Part shown: piece after piece, positions 37,134 to 51,754 of the stretch | Layout of the letters: each line of letters begins with the position of its first letter | Numbering within the stretch: position 1 is the first letter of the stretch | Assembly (NCBI GenBank): GCA_951406725.2 | Contig: OX597840.1 | Coordinates: 28,706,001-28,770,000 of the forward strand | From: Octopus vulgaris | Lineage: Eukaryota | Reading direction: 5' to 3' | Length of the DNA stretch: 64,000 nt | The notes under the pieces: model-generated | What the model was told of the DNA's origin: nothing | The model's input: the letters and a program-made list of their open reading frames with translations, nothing else | Database searches by the model: none | Program-made: the position numbers and the translations under genes

Positions 37134-37920
37134 CTAGCAGTATCACCCGGCGTTGCTCGGGTTTGTTTCGACCCTTTAGAATTGGAATTTTTGAAAAGTA
37201 TATATATATATAAATATACATATATTGTATATATATATATATATTAGCAGATTGCCCGGTGTTGCTTGGGTTTGTTTCGATCCTTTAGAATTGGAATTTT
37301 TGAAAAGTAAAAATTTTGCATTATGTAGCTTGTTATTCTCTTTAAGTGAACATTTTTCTGGTTGAAATACACCGAAAAATGGCGACACAGCAGTCAAAAA
37401 ATTGTAAAAAAATAAGGATTTTCATAGAAAAAAAGCACCTTTTTGATGTAAATAATTTTTGGTCTTAACAAGGTCCGATTTGAATTTTATCTTCTACGGA
37501 ATGAAGAGCAAGCCTTCTTCTATCATACTCTCAATTTTGGTCAACTTGTGCCACAGGGTCTTGGAGGAGATAGTGTTAGTTGAAGGCTACCAAACCTGCC
37601 ACACACAAACAACTTTAGCTTTATATATATAGAGAGATTTTTCTGGTTGAAAAACACCGAAAAATGGCGACACAGCAGTCAAAAAATTGTAAAAAAATAG
37701 GAATTTTCATAGAAAAAAAGCACCTTTTTGATGTAAATAAATTTAGGTGTTAACATGGTCCAATTTGAATTTTATCTTCTACAGAAGGAAGAGCAAGCCT
37801 TCTTCTATCATACTCTCAATTTTGGTCGACTTGCGCCACAGGTTCTCGGAGGAGATAGTGTTAGTTGAAGGCGACCAAACCTACCATACACAGACAACTT
37901 CAGCTTTATATATATATAGA
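37134..37920 (-). mobile_element. Non-autonomous Helitron-like element with duplicated 5' part and duplicated 3' end
   Basis: Minus strand A|TCtatatatatataaagc ... cccgagcaacgccgggtgatactgCTAG|T; about 37353-37633 repeats at 37638-37920. Confidence 0.8.
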
Positions 37921-38404
37921 TTCTTTTCACAGCTTCCAGTCCATTCTTTGGACATTCTATGGCACTGCCTTTAGGGGTTTCAGTTAATGCTACTGGGAAA
38001 CAAAATGGCAAATTTGATTTGAGCGTAAAAGAGACATGACCGAATGCACCATGAGCTAATTTTGTACAATGGACCTATCTGTTAGTCTCCTCTTGGTTTT
38101 GGAATTGGTGAATCTAGCTCCTGTGTTTCGAGAGAGGCGACTGAGAGGGTTGTGGACAGGAAGAGCATCCAGTTGTGAAACACTGCCAAAAATAAAAGCC
38201 GTCCAACTCATGCCAGCATGGAAATGTGAATTGGATGTAAAACAATAATAATGATGATGATAATGATACATCTATCTATCTGCTTTCATACCTGACTGCC
38301 TGCCTGCTGGTCTGCCTGTCTGTCTCTGCATCTCTAGACTGGTATGGTTATCGTGCAATTTTCTCTTGGTGTAACTTTCGTTACATATGTGCGTATATCA
38401 ATAT

Positions 38405-38837
38405 CTATCTATCTATCCGCTCAGTCGAAGTCAACTCTCGGTGTCCTCCAGTCAGTTCTATCCTGGGCCGCTTCCTTCAGATTGGCTATGTCTATTCCGG
38501 TATCACTCTTGATGGTGTCAAGCCAGCGGATTCTTGGTCAGCCTCTTCCTCTCTTGCCACTGACCATTCCGAGCATGATGTCCTTCTCCAGGGATTTTCT
38601 CCGCCTAATATGACTGAAATATGCCAATCTATGCTTGGTGATCCTAGCTTCTAGCGACATTTTCGGCCTGATCTGCTTAAGAACCTCTCCGTTGGTGAGC
38701 CTCGCTGTCCATGGAATCCGTAAAAGTCTTCTCCAACACCGAAGCTCGAATGCATTAATTCTCTTCTGGTCAGCTTTCTTTAGTGTCCAGGTCTCGCATC
38801 CATATGTTGCTATTGGGAAGACAATTGTATTCACCAA
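38405..38837 (-). mobile_element. RTE (BovB-like) LINE 3' fragment
   Basis: VFPIATYGCETWTLKKAD.KRINAFELRCWRRLLRIPWTAR...SLEKDIMLG..SGKRGRG. Confidence 0.9.
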
Positions 38838-39141
38838 TTAATATATATATATATATATTGGAAGGTTTGGAGATGATGTACAGGTATTATATATTAGAAG
38901 AAATGAGGTAATCAGAAGATCGGATGGTTTATATTTACATATATTTATTTATATATTACATTTTTTATATATATATCATATCACTTAGATCATTAGCACT
39001 TTCTCCCATTCTAGTGGGGTTTTCAAATCCAAATAAGTTCCTTTGTGGGGAATTTTAATCATTTTATAGTTTCGTAGTGGTGGGGAGGAATGTAAGACAG
39101 TACAAGAGGGTGAGGTGGATGAGGAGAAAGTGAGAGAGAGA

Positions 39142-39184
<43 letters not shown>

Positions 39185-39472
39185 TATCTGAGGTGAGTGC
39201 TAAAGAGAAAGAGGGGAAGGGAGAGGGAAGAAGAAGGAAAGAATCTTTTTGGTCTGCTGGACAGAATACTGACTCCAAGGGGGTTCTAAGAATTTCAGCT
39301 TTGACCACTTTACAGTGTCACTGAGTGTGTGGTGGCGGGGAGGTAGGCCATAAATTATATTTCCTTTTATCATTGTGAGGATGGTCAAATAGTATGTGTG
39401 AAATTTGATTTAGTATTTCTAAATTGAATTTTTCCCTGTAAGTTAGGAATAATATTCCCTCAAATTATTATT

Positions 39473-39547
<75 letters not shown>

Positions 39548-39572
39548 ATGCACGCACGCACACACACAAACA

Positions 39573-40202
39573 CGTGTGTGTCTTTGTGTTTGTCTTCCCT
39601 CCATTTCTTGACAACCAATGTTGATGTATTTACATCCCTGTAACTTATCTGTCCGGCAAAGGAGATCGATAGAATAAGTACCAGGCTTACAAAGAATAAG
39701 TTCTGGGGTCAATTTCTTTGTTTAAAAGGCGGTGCTCCAGCATGGCCGCAGTCAAATGACTGAAACAAGTAAAAGAGTAAAGAGTAAAGAGTATGTAGGT
39801 GCAGGAGTGGCTGTGTGGTAAGTAGCTTGCTTACGAACCACATGGTTCTGGGTTCAGTCCCACTGCGTGGCACCTTGGGCAAGTGTCTTCTACTATAGCC
39901 TCGGGCCGACCAAAGCCTTGTGAGTAGATTTGGTAGACGGAAATTGAAAGAAGCCCATCGTGTATATGTGTATATATATATATATGCATGTGTGTGTGTT
40001 TATGTGTTTGTGTTTGTCCCCCCAACATCACTTGGCAACTGATGCTGGTGTGTTTACGTCCCTGTTAATTAGCGGTTCGGCAAAAGAGACCGATAGAATA
40101 AGTACTGGGCTTACAAAGAATAAGTCGCGGGGTCGAGTTGCTTGATTAAAGGCGGTGCTCCAGCATGGCCGCAGTCAAATGACTGAAACAAGTAGAAGAG
40201 TA
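39573..40202 (+). mobile_element. SINE family A 3' half followed by a full-length copy (39797-40202)
   Basis: tRNA-like head, ccttgggcaagtg block, internal (TA)/(TG) tract, gaaacaagtagaagag tail. Confidence 0.88.
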
Positions 40203-40417
40203 TGTATCACATGTAGGATGTGTCAGCCTCCACAATAACTGCTTTGAATCCACTTTGATCACAGGTGCACGAGAAGGAATGCGCTTCCTAATACCTGGCA
40301 TGAAACTGGCTCCAAATGACTCCAACCTTCTTTACATTTCAGAATGAATTCAGTTCCTTGTAGGGTTGTCCTGCTCTCTGACAAGAAATAAAGAACTGGG
40401 ACAGACATTTAACAAAT

Positions 40418-41328
<911 letters not shown>

Positions 41329-41614
41329 TCTTTTTATCTCAGGTTTTGTTAGAGCTCCTGTAGTCTTGCATGCATAATGGGCTTGCTGCCTGCAGCCTAT
41401 GGTACCATGTTATCTGTTCTTTTCAGCTATCTAATACTTTCCTGATTATTTTGATATTCCTCTTGATGCCTTCTGGTACTGTTCGCAAGGACCCTACAAT
41501 AATTGGCACTACCTTCACCTTGTTCATTTTCCAAAGCTGGGCTATTTTGTACTTAAGAGGATTGTATTTGCCTATTTTTTGCCTTCTTGACTATTCGTGG
41601 GTTAAAGGGACACC
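41329..41614 (-). mobile_element. R4/Dong-like LINE 3' fragment (restriction-like endonuclease C-terminus)
   Basis: Manual minus-strand translation CPFNPRIVKK / KIGKYNPLKYKIAQLWKMNKVKVVPIIVGSLRTVP...IIRKVLDS*; not in ORF track. Confidence 0.8.
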
Positions 41615-41631
41615 TTATTATTATCATTATA

Positions 41632-42060
41632 ACGGCAGCAAGCTGGCAGAATCATTAGCACACCGGGTGAAATGCTTAGTGGTATCTCGTCTGCCCCTGT
41701 GTCCTGAGTTCAAATCCTGCCAAGATTAACTTTGCCTTTCATCAGTTTGGGGTCGATAAAATAAGTACCAGTTACGCACTGGGGTTGATGTAATCAACTA
41801 GTCTCCCCTCCCAAAATTGTTGCCCTTGTGACAAAATTTGAAACCATTACTATTATTATTATCATTATTATTACTATTATTATTATTAAATGTGGTGAGC
41901 TGGCAGAATCGTTAGCATACTGGGTAAAATGCTTAGCAGTATTTTGTCTGTCTTTATGTTCTGAGTTCAAATTCCACCATGGTTGACTTGAGTATTAGTT
42001 GAATTCTGGGACCGATGTAACTGACTTATCCTTCCCTAAATTTGCTGGCCTTGTACCAAA
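41632..42060 (+). mobile_element. Two SINE family C copies
   Basis: gg(c/t)(a/g)agctggcagaatc(a/g)ttagca heads near 41635 and 41893. Confidence 0.75.
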
Positions 42061-42082
42061 ATTATTATTATCATCATCATCA

Positions 42083-42135
<53 letters not shown>

Positions 42136-42136
<1 letters not shown>

Positions 42137-42395
42137 TGGCGTCCGTGTCGGTGACATGTAAAAAGCACCAACCGATCGTGGCCGTTTGCCAGCCTGCGCA
42201 GGCTCCTGTGCCGGTGGCACGTAAAAAATACCCACTACACTCACGGAGTGGTTGGCGTTAGGAAGGGCATCCAGCTGTAGAAACACTGCCAAATCAGACT
42301 GGAGCCTGGTGCAGCCTCCATGGCTTAGCAGACCGCGGTCGAACCGTCCAACCCATGTTAGCATGGAAAACGGACATTAAATGATGATGATGATT
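42136..42395 (+). mobile_element. Family B 3' part
   Basis: Standard modules and (GAT)n tail. Confidence 0.8.
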
Positions 42396-42452
42396 ATTAT
42401 CATATTTTAAAAAGGATTGAGGTAACTCTTCACAAAAGTAAACAGTCAAGAC

Positions 42453-42495
<43 letters not shown>

Positions 42496-43377
42496 TACAA
42501 AATGTTTTGTTTTTTCTGTGATATGATGTCTGATTAAGAATGATTTGTATTGTGTTATATTTTTTAACATATTTGTGCTTACTATTTGATGATAAACTAA
42601 AATGATATTTTAATTGAATAAATTAATTAGATACTCATTTGTCATTCATATCTATGTTTTTATCCTTTCTAAGTTTTTTTTAATAATTCATTTCATTGTT
42701 TAGTCAGCTAGAGAGAATGGTGGGGGCTGAATGCATGCTTTTATCTTCAGTAGTATGGCCAAAGGTTCAAACTTGTTTCTATCTTATTAAACCTCTTCAG
42801 TGAACAGTAAAAATATGCAAGACTTTTCTCAAGTTCCAAATGTGAATTTGTTCAAAGATGGAGCCTTGTATCTTTGTTGGAAACTGGCTCCTTTCTCAGT
42901 GGTAGATTTATAATAATTAAAAAATAGAAGAGACACACACACACACACATACATAATACATACATGCATGCATACATAAATACATACATACATACATACA
43001 TACATACATGCATACACACATACAGACATACATACATACATACACACATACATACATACATACATACATACATACATACACTCATGCATACATACACCCC
43101 ACCCCGCATACACACATAATACATACATCAGGCTTATACCTGTAATTATTGGGGCCCTTGCATATGTAACATACTGCCTATATGTCAATCTTGAGAAATT
43201 AGGTTTCTGAAAACCAGAATGAAGAAAGCTAATTTCCAGAAGTTCATCATTTAAATATATATGAGCATGTCTAGATATGTAACTATATGCATGAGAATAC
43301 ATACATAAAACATACACATCTGCACATACATATATAATACAAACATACATACGTACATACATACATACATACATACA

Positions 43378-43410
<33 letters not shown>

Positions 43411-43495
43411 TCATATACATACATACATACATACATACATACATACATACATACATACATACATACATACATACATACATACATACATACATACA

Positions 43496-43529
<34 letters not shown>

Positions 43530-43938
43530 CATACATACATACATACATACACACATACAAACAAAAATACCCTGCTGTTGTTGATATTCCACTGAGGGGG
43601 CCTTGGATCCAGGTTAGAAACCAGTTCTTCCTCTATTGGCAAGAAATTTTGAAATAAACTGAATAATGACACACATACATATAATATGCTGCCTGTTTGT
43701 GTGTGTACATGTGTGTGTTTACGAGTATTCTACTCCATGGAGCCTGCTTATGTCCAGATGTACTGTGTCATTTTAGAAAGAACCATCATAACCATTTATA
43801 CAAGCATCCAATCTCATATTTATAGTCTCACAGCCCAAGAAAGACAGTTCTGCAATTTCTTGCTGAAAATCCTGCAAAGATGAGTTTTTTTTTTCCAAAG
43901 AGATCAAATGTTTCTACTGCAGAATATTTCACTCCCAA

Positions 43939-44510
43939 GGCGGCAAGCTGGCAGAATCGCTAGCACGCAGGGTGAAATGCTTTGCGGTATTTCGTCTGCT
44001 GTTACATTCTGAGTTCAAATTCCGCCGAGGTCGACTTTGCCTTTCATCCTTTCGGGGTCGATAAATTAAGTACCAGTTACGCACTGGGGTCGATATAATC
44101 GACTTAATCCGTTTGTCTGTCCTTGTTTGTCCCCTCTGTGTTTAGCCCCTTGAGGGTAATAAAGAAATAGATATTTCGTCTGTCTTTACGTTCTGAGTTC
44201 AAATTATGCCGAGTTTGACTTTGCCTTTCATCCTTTCGGGGTCGATAAATTAAGTACCAGTTACGCACTGGGGTCGATATAATCGACTTAATCTGTTTGT
44301 CTGTCCTTGTTTGTCCCCTCTGTGTTTAGCCCCTTGAGGGTAATAAAGAAATAGATATTTCGTCTGTCTTTACGTTCTGAGTTCAAATTATGCCGAGTTT
44401 GACTTTGCCTTTCATCCTTTCGGGGTTGATAAATTAAGTACCAGTTGCATACTAGGGTTGATCCAATTGACTGGCCTCCTCCCCAAAAATTTCGGGCCTT
44501 GTGCCTAGAG
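43939..44510 (+). mobile_element. SINE family C with three 184-bp units
   Basis: tatttcgtctg at 43988, 44172 and 44356. Confidence 0.88.
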
Positions 44511-44796
44511 TCAAAATAAAAATAAGACTATCTCATTCCCTCCATCAAACTGACATTCTCTGAACAGGTACATGATATGCCACATGTCAGGTGCACAAGA
44601 AATTGCAGAACGGCATAAGATAGTGTCTTGTTCATGAACACAATGCACTACATGTTCCATGAACAATGATCACATGACTGTGAATGTAGCATCCTCAATA
44701 CTAGGCCATGCACTGTTAGTGATCCCATTTATTCAGACTTCAAAACCTTCAGACTATACATGGGGATTCTTTTACTTCAAATACATTTATTTGCGT

Positions 44797-45175
44797 AGGC
44801 ATAGGAGTGGCTGTGTGGTAAGTAGCTTACTTACCAATCACACGGTTCTGGGTTCAGTCCCACTGCATGGCATCTTGGGCCAACCAAAGCCTTGTAAGTG
44901 GAATTTGTAGACGGAAACTGAAAGAAGCCCATTGTACATATGCATATATGTATGTGTGTATATGTTTGTGTGTCTCTGTTTGTCCCCCCCAACATCGCTT
45001 GACAACCGATACTGGTGTGTTTATGTCCCCGTAACTTAGCGGTTTGGCAAAAGAGATCAATAGAACAAGTACTAGGCTTACAAAGAGTAACTCCTGGGAT
45101 CGATTTGCTCGACTAAAAGGCAGTGCTCCAGCATGGCCACAGTCAAATGACTGAAACAAATAAAAGAGTAAAAGA
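44797..45175 (+). mobile_element. SINE family A with internal deletion
   Basis: Family A head and tail. Confidence 0.85.
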
Positions 45176-45484
45176 GAGAGATTTCATTTCTTGGGTGGCC
45201 TTAGAATTCAATTTCTCACCCAATTTTCGTCTACCCCATGGACCTTGGGTGCCTTTTCTTCACACGGTCTCCTGACCTGCTAGAAATGATTGTCAAATCT
45301 TCTTTAAACTGCATCATGATGTCTAACAGCCAGCATCCAACAGTTACCAGTCAGTTCCAAGCAATTAGCTACAACCCCAGCACAAGTGGCAGCTGTCACA
45401 TTTTCACAGCCTGTCTTCCACATTGGCGGAATCGGTAACATATAAAAACCAAATACTTGGAAGCATTTGGTCTGTCATTCTGTT

Positions 45485-45735
45485 CATCATCATCATCATC
45501 ATCGTTTAGCGTCCGTTTTCCATGCTGGCATGGGTTGGACGGTTCAACTGGGGTCTGGCAAGCCAGAAGGCTGCACCAGGCCTAGTCTGATCTGGCAACG
45601 TTTCTATGGCTGGATGCCCTTCCTAACGCCAACCACTCCATGAGTGTAGTGGGTGCTTTATACATGCCACCGGCACAAGTGCCAGACGAGGCTGGCAAAT
45701 GGCCACAATCGGATGTTGCTTTTTACGTGCCACCT
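45485..45735 (-). mobile_element. Family B 3' part
   Basis: (CAT)n then cgtttagcgtccgttttccatgc. Confidence 0.8.
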
Positions 45736-45931
45736 GTGTTCAAATTCCACTCAAGCTGACTTTGCTGTTAATCCTTCCAGGGCCGATAAAATAAAGAGAA
45801 GTTGAACACTAGGATCAATGTAATCAACTTACCACGTCCCTTACAATGTAGGCCTTGTGCCAGAATTTGAATCCATTATGATCCCTATTGCTATTAAAAG
45901 GGCAGCTGGCTGGTGGTATCATTACCAAACA

Positions 45932-46165
45932 AGGCGGCTAGCTGGCAGAAATGTTAGCACGTCGGGCGAAATGTGTAACCGTATTTTGTCTGTCGTTACG
46001 TTCTGAGTTCAAATTCCGCCAAGGTTGACTTTGTCTTTCATCCTTTCGGGGTCGATTAAATAAGTACCAGTTACGCACTGGGGTCGATATAATCGATTTA
46101 ATCCATTTGTCTGTTCTTGTTTGTCCCCTCTGTGTTTAGCCTCATGTGGGTAGTAAAGAAATAGG
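45932..46165 (+). mobile_element. SINE family C, single unit
   Basis: Flanked by repeated ggtatcattaccaaacaa near 45914 and 46163, a probable TSD. Confidence 0.85.
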
Positions 46166-46239
46166 TATCATTACCAAACAAAACCTTTAGTAGAATTTTG
46201 TCCATCTTTTCGTCCTGCATTTGGTGTAATTCTGGTTTA

Positions 46240-46516
46240 AGCACCTGGGCCTCATTGGGCCTCAAGGAAGCAGTGACAGGTGACAAAGACCTTTGGCGAT
46301 ATTCTGTGTTTGTGAAGTCCTGTGTTGCCAAGTGAGATCATAGTTATGGCCGACGCCGGTATCTCGTAGCAAGTACCCGCTATACTCTTGGAGTGGCTGG
46401 TGTTAGGAAGGGCATCCAGCTGTAGAAACCATACCAAATCTGATTGGAACTTGGCTTACTGGTTTTCAGTCAAACCGTCCAACCCATGCCAGCAAAGAAA
46501 GCGGACGTTAAATGAC

Positions 46517-46550
<34 letters not shown>

Positions 46551-46595
46551 TTGATGATGATGATGATGATGATGATGATGTTGATGGTGATGTTG

Positions 46596-46627
<32 letters not shown>

Positions 46628-46757
46628 GACGATGATGATGATGATGGTGGTGATGATGATGATGATGATGATGTTGATGATGATGATGATGATGATGATG
46701 ATGTTGTTGATGATGATGATGATGATGATGTTGATGATGATGATGATGACGACGACG

Positions 46758-46790
<33 letters not shown>

Positions 46791-46855
46791 TCGATGATGA
46801 TGATGATGATGATGACGATGATGATGATGATGATGACGATGATGATGATGATGAT
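46240..46855 (+). mobile_element. Family B element with tail expanded to about 340 bp of (GAT)n/(GAC)n
   Basis: gcggacgttaaatgacgatgatg runs into the 46512-46855 tract. Confidence 0.82.
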
Positions 46856-47553
46856 ATAAATCCTCATAACATAAAAATTTTATTTGAATTTTCATAAAAG
46901 CTTATCAAATTTGTTTTCTACCCGTGGGAATTCATACGATTATACAAAAAAAAGAAATTGTGGGTGTGATTTAAGGGCGATTTAGTTGTAATTTTTAGCA
47001 CATCTCACAACTACCTGATACCTTCCTCGTTTCTTGATCCCTCTGACATATATTGATGTTTTTCAATATTTTTCTCCCCATAAACATTACATGGAATGGT
47101 GAAGCACCCAAAGGTGATCCATTGCTGGGATTTAAGCAAAAAATTTGGACTGTCCATATTTTAAACTGATTTAAAATAGAAAAATTGAAAAAGATTGAAA
47201 AAATTTAAGAATTTATTGGGGAAGGGGTTAAGAAATTTTTAAAAAATTCCTTTTTTAGCATAATCGTATGAATTCCTTTGTATACAACACAAATTCGAAA
47301 AACTTATCTGAAAATTCCCCCCCAAAATAGAGAAGTTATAAGGGGTTATTTGGAGAGCTTAAATCAGAATTCTACTCTGAGTTCAAATTCCGCTGACAAG
47401 ACACAATGCTTAGCGGTATACCCGCCTGCCTTTATGCCCTGAGCTCAAATCGACTTTCTCTTTCACCCTTTCGAAATTGATGAAACCGATTAGCCCTCTC
47501 TCGCAAGATTTCAGGCCTTAAGGCTATTATTGTAGATATTTTTAAAGTTTAAT

Positions 47554-47727
47554 CTGTTGTGTCTTGGGAGAGTCATTCTCTTTTAGTACCTTATTATTTA
47601 ACACACTCACCGGTGAGTGTGTTAAATAATAAGGTACTAAGAGAATGACTCTCCCCAGACACAACAGAATATGCTTCAACACACAAACTCATATAAAGAA
47701 TCTTGCAAACCAAATCCAAAAACGAAA
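47554..47727. mobile_element. Palindromic insertion with 13-bp TSD
   Basis: tttaaagtttaat at 47541-47553 and 47728-47740; spacerless palindrome centred at 47611/47612. Confidence 0.85.
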
Positions 47728-47834
47728 TTTAAAGTTTAATATATTAGATTTAAAAAAAAAATCTTTTCAGAGTGCTCTCCCTTACATACTCGGTTACTAA
47801 AGAGTTATTTCCCTTACACGTTTCAGTAACATCT

Positions 47835-48685
47835 TGAACTTTAAGAAAAAGCTGTTGAAAATCACTTGACAAGACAAGGACCCAGAGATGGCGGCTCCCC
47901 TTGAGCTGATCTGCGAAGCATTTGCACTCTACTGGGGAGAGCGAACAGGCTACCTTGTTTGAATGCCTGACACACGACTGCTCGTGGTAAGTAGCTTGCT
48001 TACCAACCACATGGTTCCGGGTTCAGTCCCACTGCGTGGCATCTTGGGCAAGTGTCTTCTACTATAGCCTCAGGCCGACCAATGCCTTGTGAGTGGATTT
48101 GGTAGACGGAAACTGAAAGAAGCCCGTTGTATATATGTATATATATATATATGTGTGTGTGTGTTTGTCCCCCTAGCATTGCTTGACAACCGATGCTGGT
48201 GTGTTTATGTCCTTGGCGATTCGGCAAAAGAGACCGATAGAATAAGTACTAGGCTTACAAAGAACAAGTCCCGGGGTCGATTTGTTCGACTAAAAGGCGG
48301 TGCTCCAGCATGGCCGCAGTCAAATGACTGAAACAAGTAAAAGAGTATATTGAATTGGCAGAAAGGAAGCGCGCACAAGACGCACTAAAAGCTTCCTTGT
48401 AGCGCTTTCAGATCGATCCCTGACACCTGGGAAAATTAGGCACAGGACGGCCCTGCCTGGCGTAGCTGCACCAAGAGAATAAGACCGCCGTTGCACAAGG
48501 AAAACGGGAGCTGCACAAGTCCAGAGCAAACTCTATACCTTCATTCCCAGTCAACCAACAATGTCTAACCTACGACAGAAACTTTCGACCAGGCATCAGC
48601 CTAATCGACCTCAGCCAGATGCACCGAGAACCATCTTCTTCTCGCATGTGATGGCCTGGTCATCGTCGACAACGACGGAAGAACA
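47835..48685 (+). mobile_element. Decayed RTE LINE 3' part interrupted by SINE A (47984-48346)
   Basis: LRK.LLKIT*QDK, GYLV*MPDTRL, ELAERKR..DALKASL, AQDGPAWR; 3' end ggtcatcgtcgacaacgacggaagaac. Confidence 0.72.
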
Positions 48686-48691
48686 TTATTA

Positions 48692-49113
48692 GGATCTTTT
48701 CGGTTAGAACGGCAGTTTTTAACATAATTTCTAGGTAACTAAAAAATTTTAAATTTCGTATACTGGTAGAATGTGTTTATAAAACATCATTTTCTCTTGG
48801 ATTTATTGAGGAAATTCTAGAGTTTGAAAGATATTTGTTGTTGTTTTTCTTCAATTTCTGCAATTTCAACCAATCAATGACGTCTATTGAGGTAAAAAAA
48901 CATTCTGTGCCGTATGAATATGTCCCTCGTTTAAGAAACAGATTGGGTTTATTTACATTTGTGAAGAAAAAAGATACCCTTCCCCCCACCCCTAATCCTA
49001 ACCCTAACCCTAAAATATTGAAATGCAATAGATCGATACTAGGGTCATAATTATGGGTGACAATTTCATATGACATCGCTAGAAAAAAACTGCCGTTCAA
49101 ACTGAAAAGATCC
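48692..49113. mobile_element. MITE with ~29-bp TIRs, superfamily unassigned
   Basis: ggatcttttcggttagaacggcagttttt / aaaaactgccgttcaaactgaaaagatcc; TSD not clear. Confidence 0.85.
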
Positions 49114-49399
49114 CTTTATTATTATATGTATGTGCACCACTCACGTCTTTTTAATCGTAATCTGCCCCACCGTAGAATTATATTTTCTTTAGTTTTTGTT
49201 TTCAGTCATTAGACTGTGGCCATGCTGGGGCACCGTATTTTTAATCGAATGATTCGACTCCGTACTTATTTTCTTTAAGCCTAATACTTATTCTATTAGA
49301 CATTTTTGCCAAACCGCTAAGTTATGGAGACGTAAATGCACCAAAACCGGTTGTCAAGCGGTGATGGAGGTCAAACAAAGTGACAAAGACATACATCTA

Positions 49400-49433
<34 letters not shown>

Positions 49434-49611
49434 CGTGTATGTGTGTGTGCGTGTATGTGTGTGTGTGTGTGTGCGCGCGCGCGTAAACGACGGGTTTCTT
49501 TCAATTTCTCTCTACCAAATCCCCTCACAAGGTTTCGGTCGGTCCGAAGCAAGAGTAGATGACTCATGTCCAAGTTGCCACACACACACTCTCATACACA
49601 CACACGCACAC

Positions 49612-49679
<68 letters not shown>

Positions 49680-49681
49680 AA

Positions 49682-49735
<54 letters not shown>

Positions 49736-49800
49736 TCGTGCTCGCGTGCATGCGTAGCTTTCGACTGGTAGCACTTGCAAGTGCAAGTTATTTTCAAAAC

Positions 49801-49835
<35 letters not shown>

Positions 49836-49839
<4 letters not shown>

Positions 49840-50147
49840 GCTCAGTGGTTAGAGCGTCGAGCTTACGATCGTGAGGTTGTGAGCTCGAATCCTGGACCGG
49901 CCTGTGTGCTGTGTTCTTGAGCAAGACACTTTATTTCACGTTGCTCCAGTTTACTCAGCTGTAGAAATGAGTTGCGACGTCACAGGTGCCAAGCTGTATT
50001 GGCCCTTATATTTCCCTTGGATTACACTGGTGGTGTGCATGCGCGACTGCTAGCCTTCCATAAACGACCTTGCCCGGACCTGTGCCTGGGAGGGTAACTT
50101 TCTAGGTGCAATCCCATGGTCTGTGTCGTGACCGAAGGGGGTCTCTC
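49836..50147 (+). mobile_element. tRNA-derived SINE, family D
   Basis: gtggctcagtggttagagcg...gctcgaatcc...ttcttgagcaagacacttt. Confidence 0.8.
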
Positions 50148-50190
50148 GCATATAAATATATATATATAATACAAAAAAAGAAATGGAGGA

Positions 50191-50231
<41 letters not shown>

Positions 50232-50254
<23 letters not shown>

Positions 50255-50513
50255 GGGTTTAGTTCACAGGTGATCTAAACGATTAGGTACGCTAGGTAAA
50301 TGCTGTAACGGATAATTGGGGTTTTAAAGTTACAGCCGAGATGGTAGTTATTGAGCCATTGCAGATTTCTGATGCAGCGGATATATAATTGTTAAAGAGG
50401 AGAACAAACGTTAAGGCAAGGCAAACATCTCAAGTCATACACAATATTATAATAGGAAGAAGTTCAAAGTCTTACAATTGTTTCTGGGATATCCCCGAGT
50501 GATATTCCGTCAT
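50232..50513 (-). mobile_element. Penelope-like fragment truncated within its hammerhead (50469-50513)
   Basis: Minus strand ATGA-c-ggaatatc-actcggg-gatatccc-a-GAAA-caattg-TA-agac; the CTG of the core is lost to the microsatellite. Confidence 0.6.
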
Positions 50514-50819
50514 GTGTATGTATGTATGTATGTATGTATGTATGTATGTATGTATGTATGTATGTATGTATGTATGTATGTATGTATGTATGTATGTATG
50601 TATGTATGTATGTATGTATGTATGCATGCATGTATGTCTGCATGTATGTATGTATGTATGTATGTATGTATGTATGTATGTATGTATGTATGTATGTATG
50701 TATGTATGGATAGATGTATGTATGTATGTATGTATGTATGTATGTATGTATGTATGTATGTATGCATGGATGCATGCATGTATGTATCTCTCTTTCTCTC
50801 TCTCTCTCTATATATATAT

Positions 50820-51187
50820 AGGTGCAGGAGTGGCTGTGTGGTAAATAGCTTGCTTACCAAGCACATGGTTCCGGGATCAGTCCCACTGCGTGGCACCTTG
50901 GGCAAGTGTCTTCTACTATAGCCTTGGATCGACGAAAGCCTTGTGAGTGGATTTGGTTGACGGAAACTGAAAGAAATATATAAATGCGTGTGTGTGAGTT
51001 TAGGTGAGTGGGTGTGTATATGCTTGTGTGTCTGTGTTTTTCCCACCACCATCGCTTTACGTCCCCATAACTTAGTGGTTCGGCAAAAGAGACTGGTAGA
51101 ATAAGTACTAGGCTTACAAAGAACAAGTCCTGGGTCAATTTGCTTCAGTCAAAATGACTGAAACAAGTAAAAGAAAGAATAAAAGAA
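50820..51187 (+). mobile_element. SINE family A
   Basis: Family A head and partly deleted tail. Confidence 0.85.
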
Positions 51188-51227
51188 TATAGTGACAGAA
51201 AATAGGGATTAAATAAATATCCTGGTG

Positions 51228-51754
51228 AATACGTCAATATTAGCAATACGTCAATATTAGCAATACGTCAATATTAGCAATACGTCAGCATTAGCAATAC
51301 GTCAATATTAGCAATACGTCAATATTAGCAATACGTCAATATTAGCAATACGTCAATATTAGCAATACGTCAATATTAGCAATACGTCAATATTAGCAAT
51401 ACGTCAATATTAGCAATACGTCAGCATTAGCAATACGTCAATATTAGCAATACGTCAGCATTAGCAATACGTCAATATTAGCAATACGTCAATATTAGCA
51501 ATACGTCAATATTAGCAATACGTCAGCATTAGCAATACGTCAATATTAGCAATACGTCAATATTAGCAATACGTCAATATTAGCAATACGTCAATATTAG
51601 CAATACGTCAATATTAGCAATACGTCAATATTAGCAATACGTCAATATTAGCAATACGTCAGCATTAGCAATACGTCAATATTAGCAATACGTCAATATT
51701 AGCAATACGTCAATATTAGCAATACGTCAATATTAGCAATACGTCAATATTAGC
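51228..51754 (+). repeat. Minisatellite, 31 units of 17 bp
   Basis: Unit aatacgtca(at/gc)attagc; 527/17 = 31. Confidence 0.98.

Noticed and set aside
39797-39872. tRNA genes at SINE heads (also 15742, 49836 and 53843)
   Set aside because: A/B boxes are present but there is no complete cloverleaf, and each continues into a SINE body.
42617-42622. Distal poly(A) signal for the ASB-like gene
   Set aside because: AATAAA with T-rich downstream sequence looks plausible, but it implies a 3' UTR of over 15 kb and cannot be supported without transcripts.
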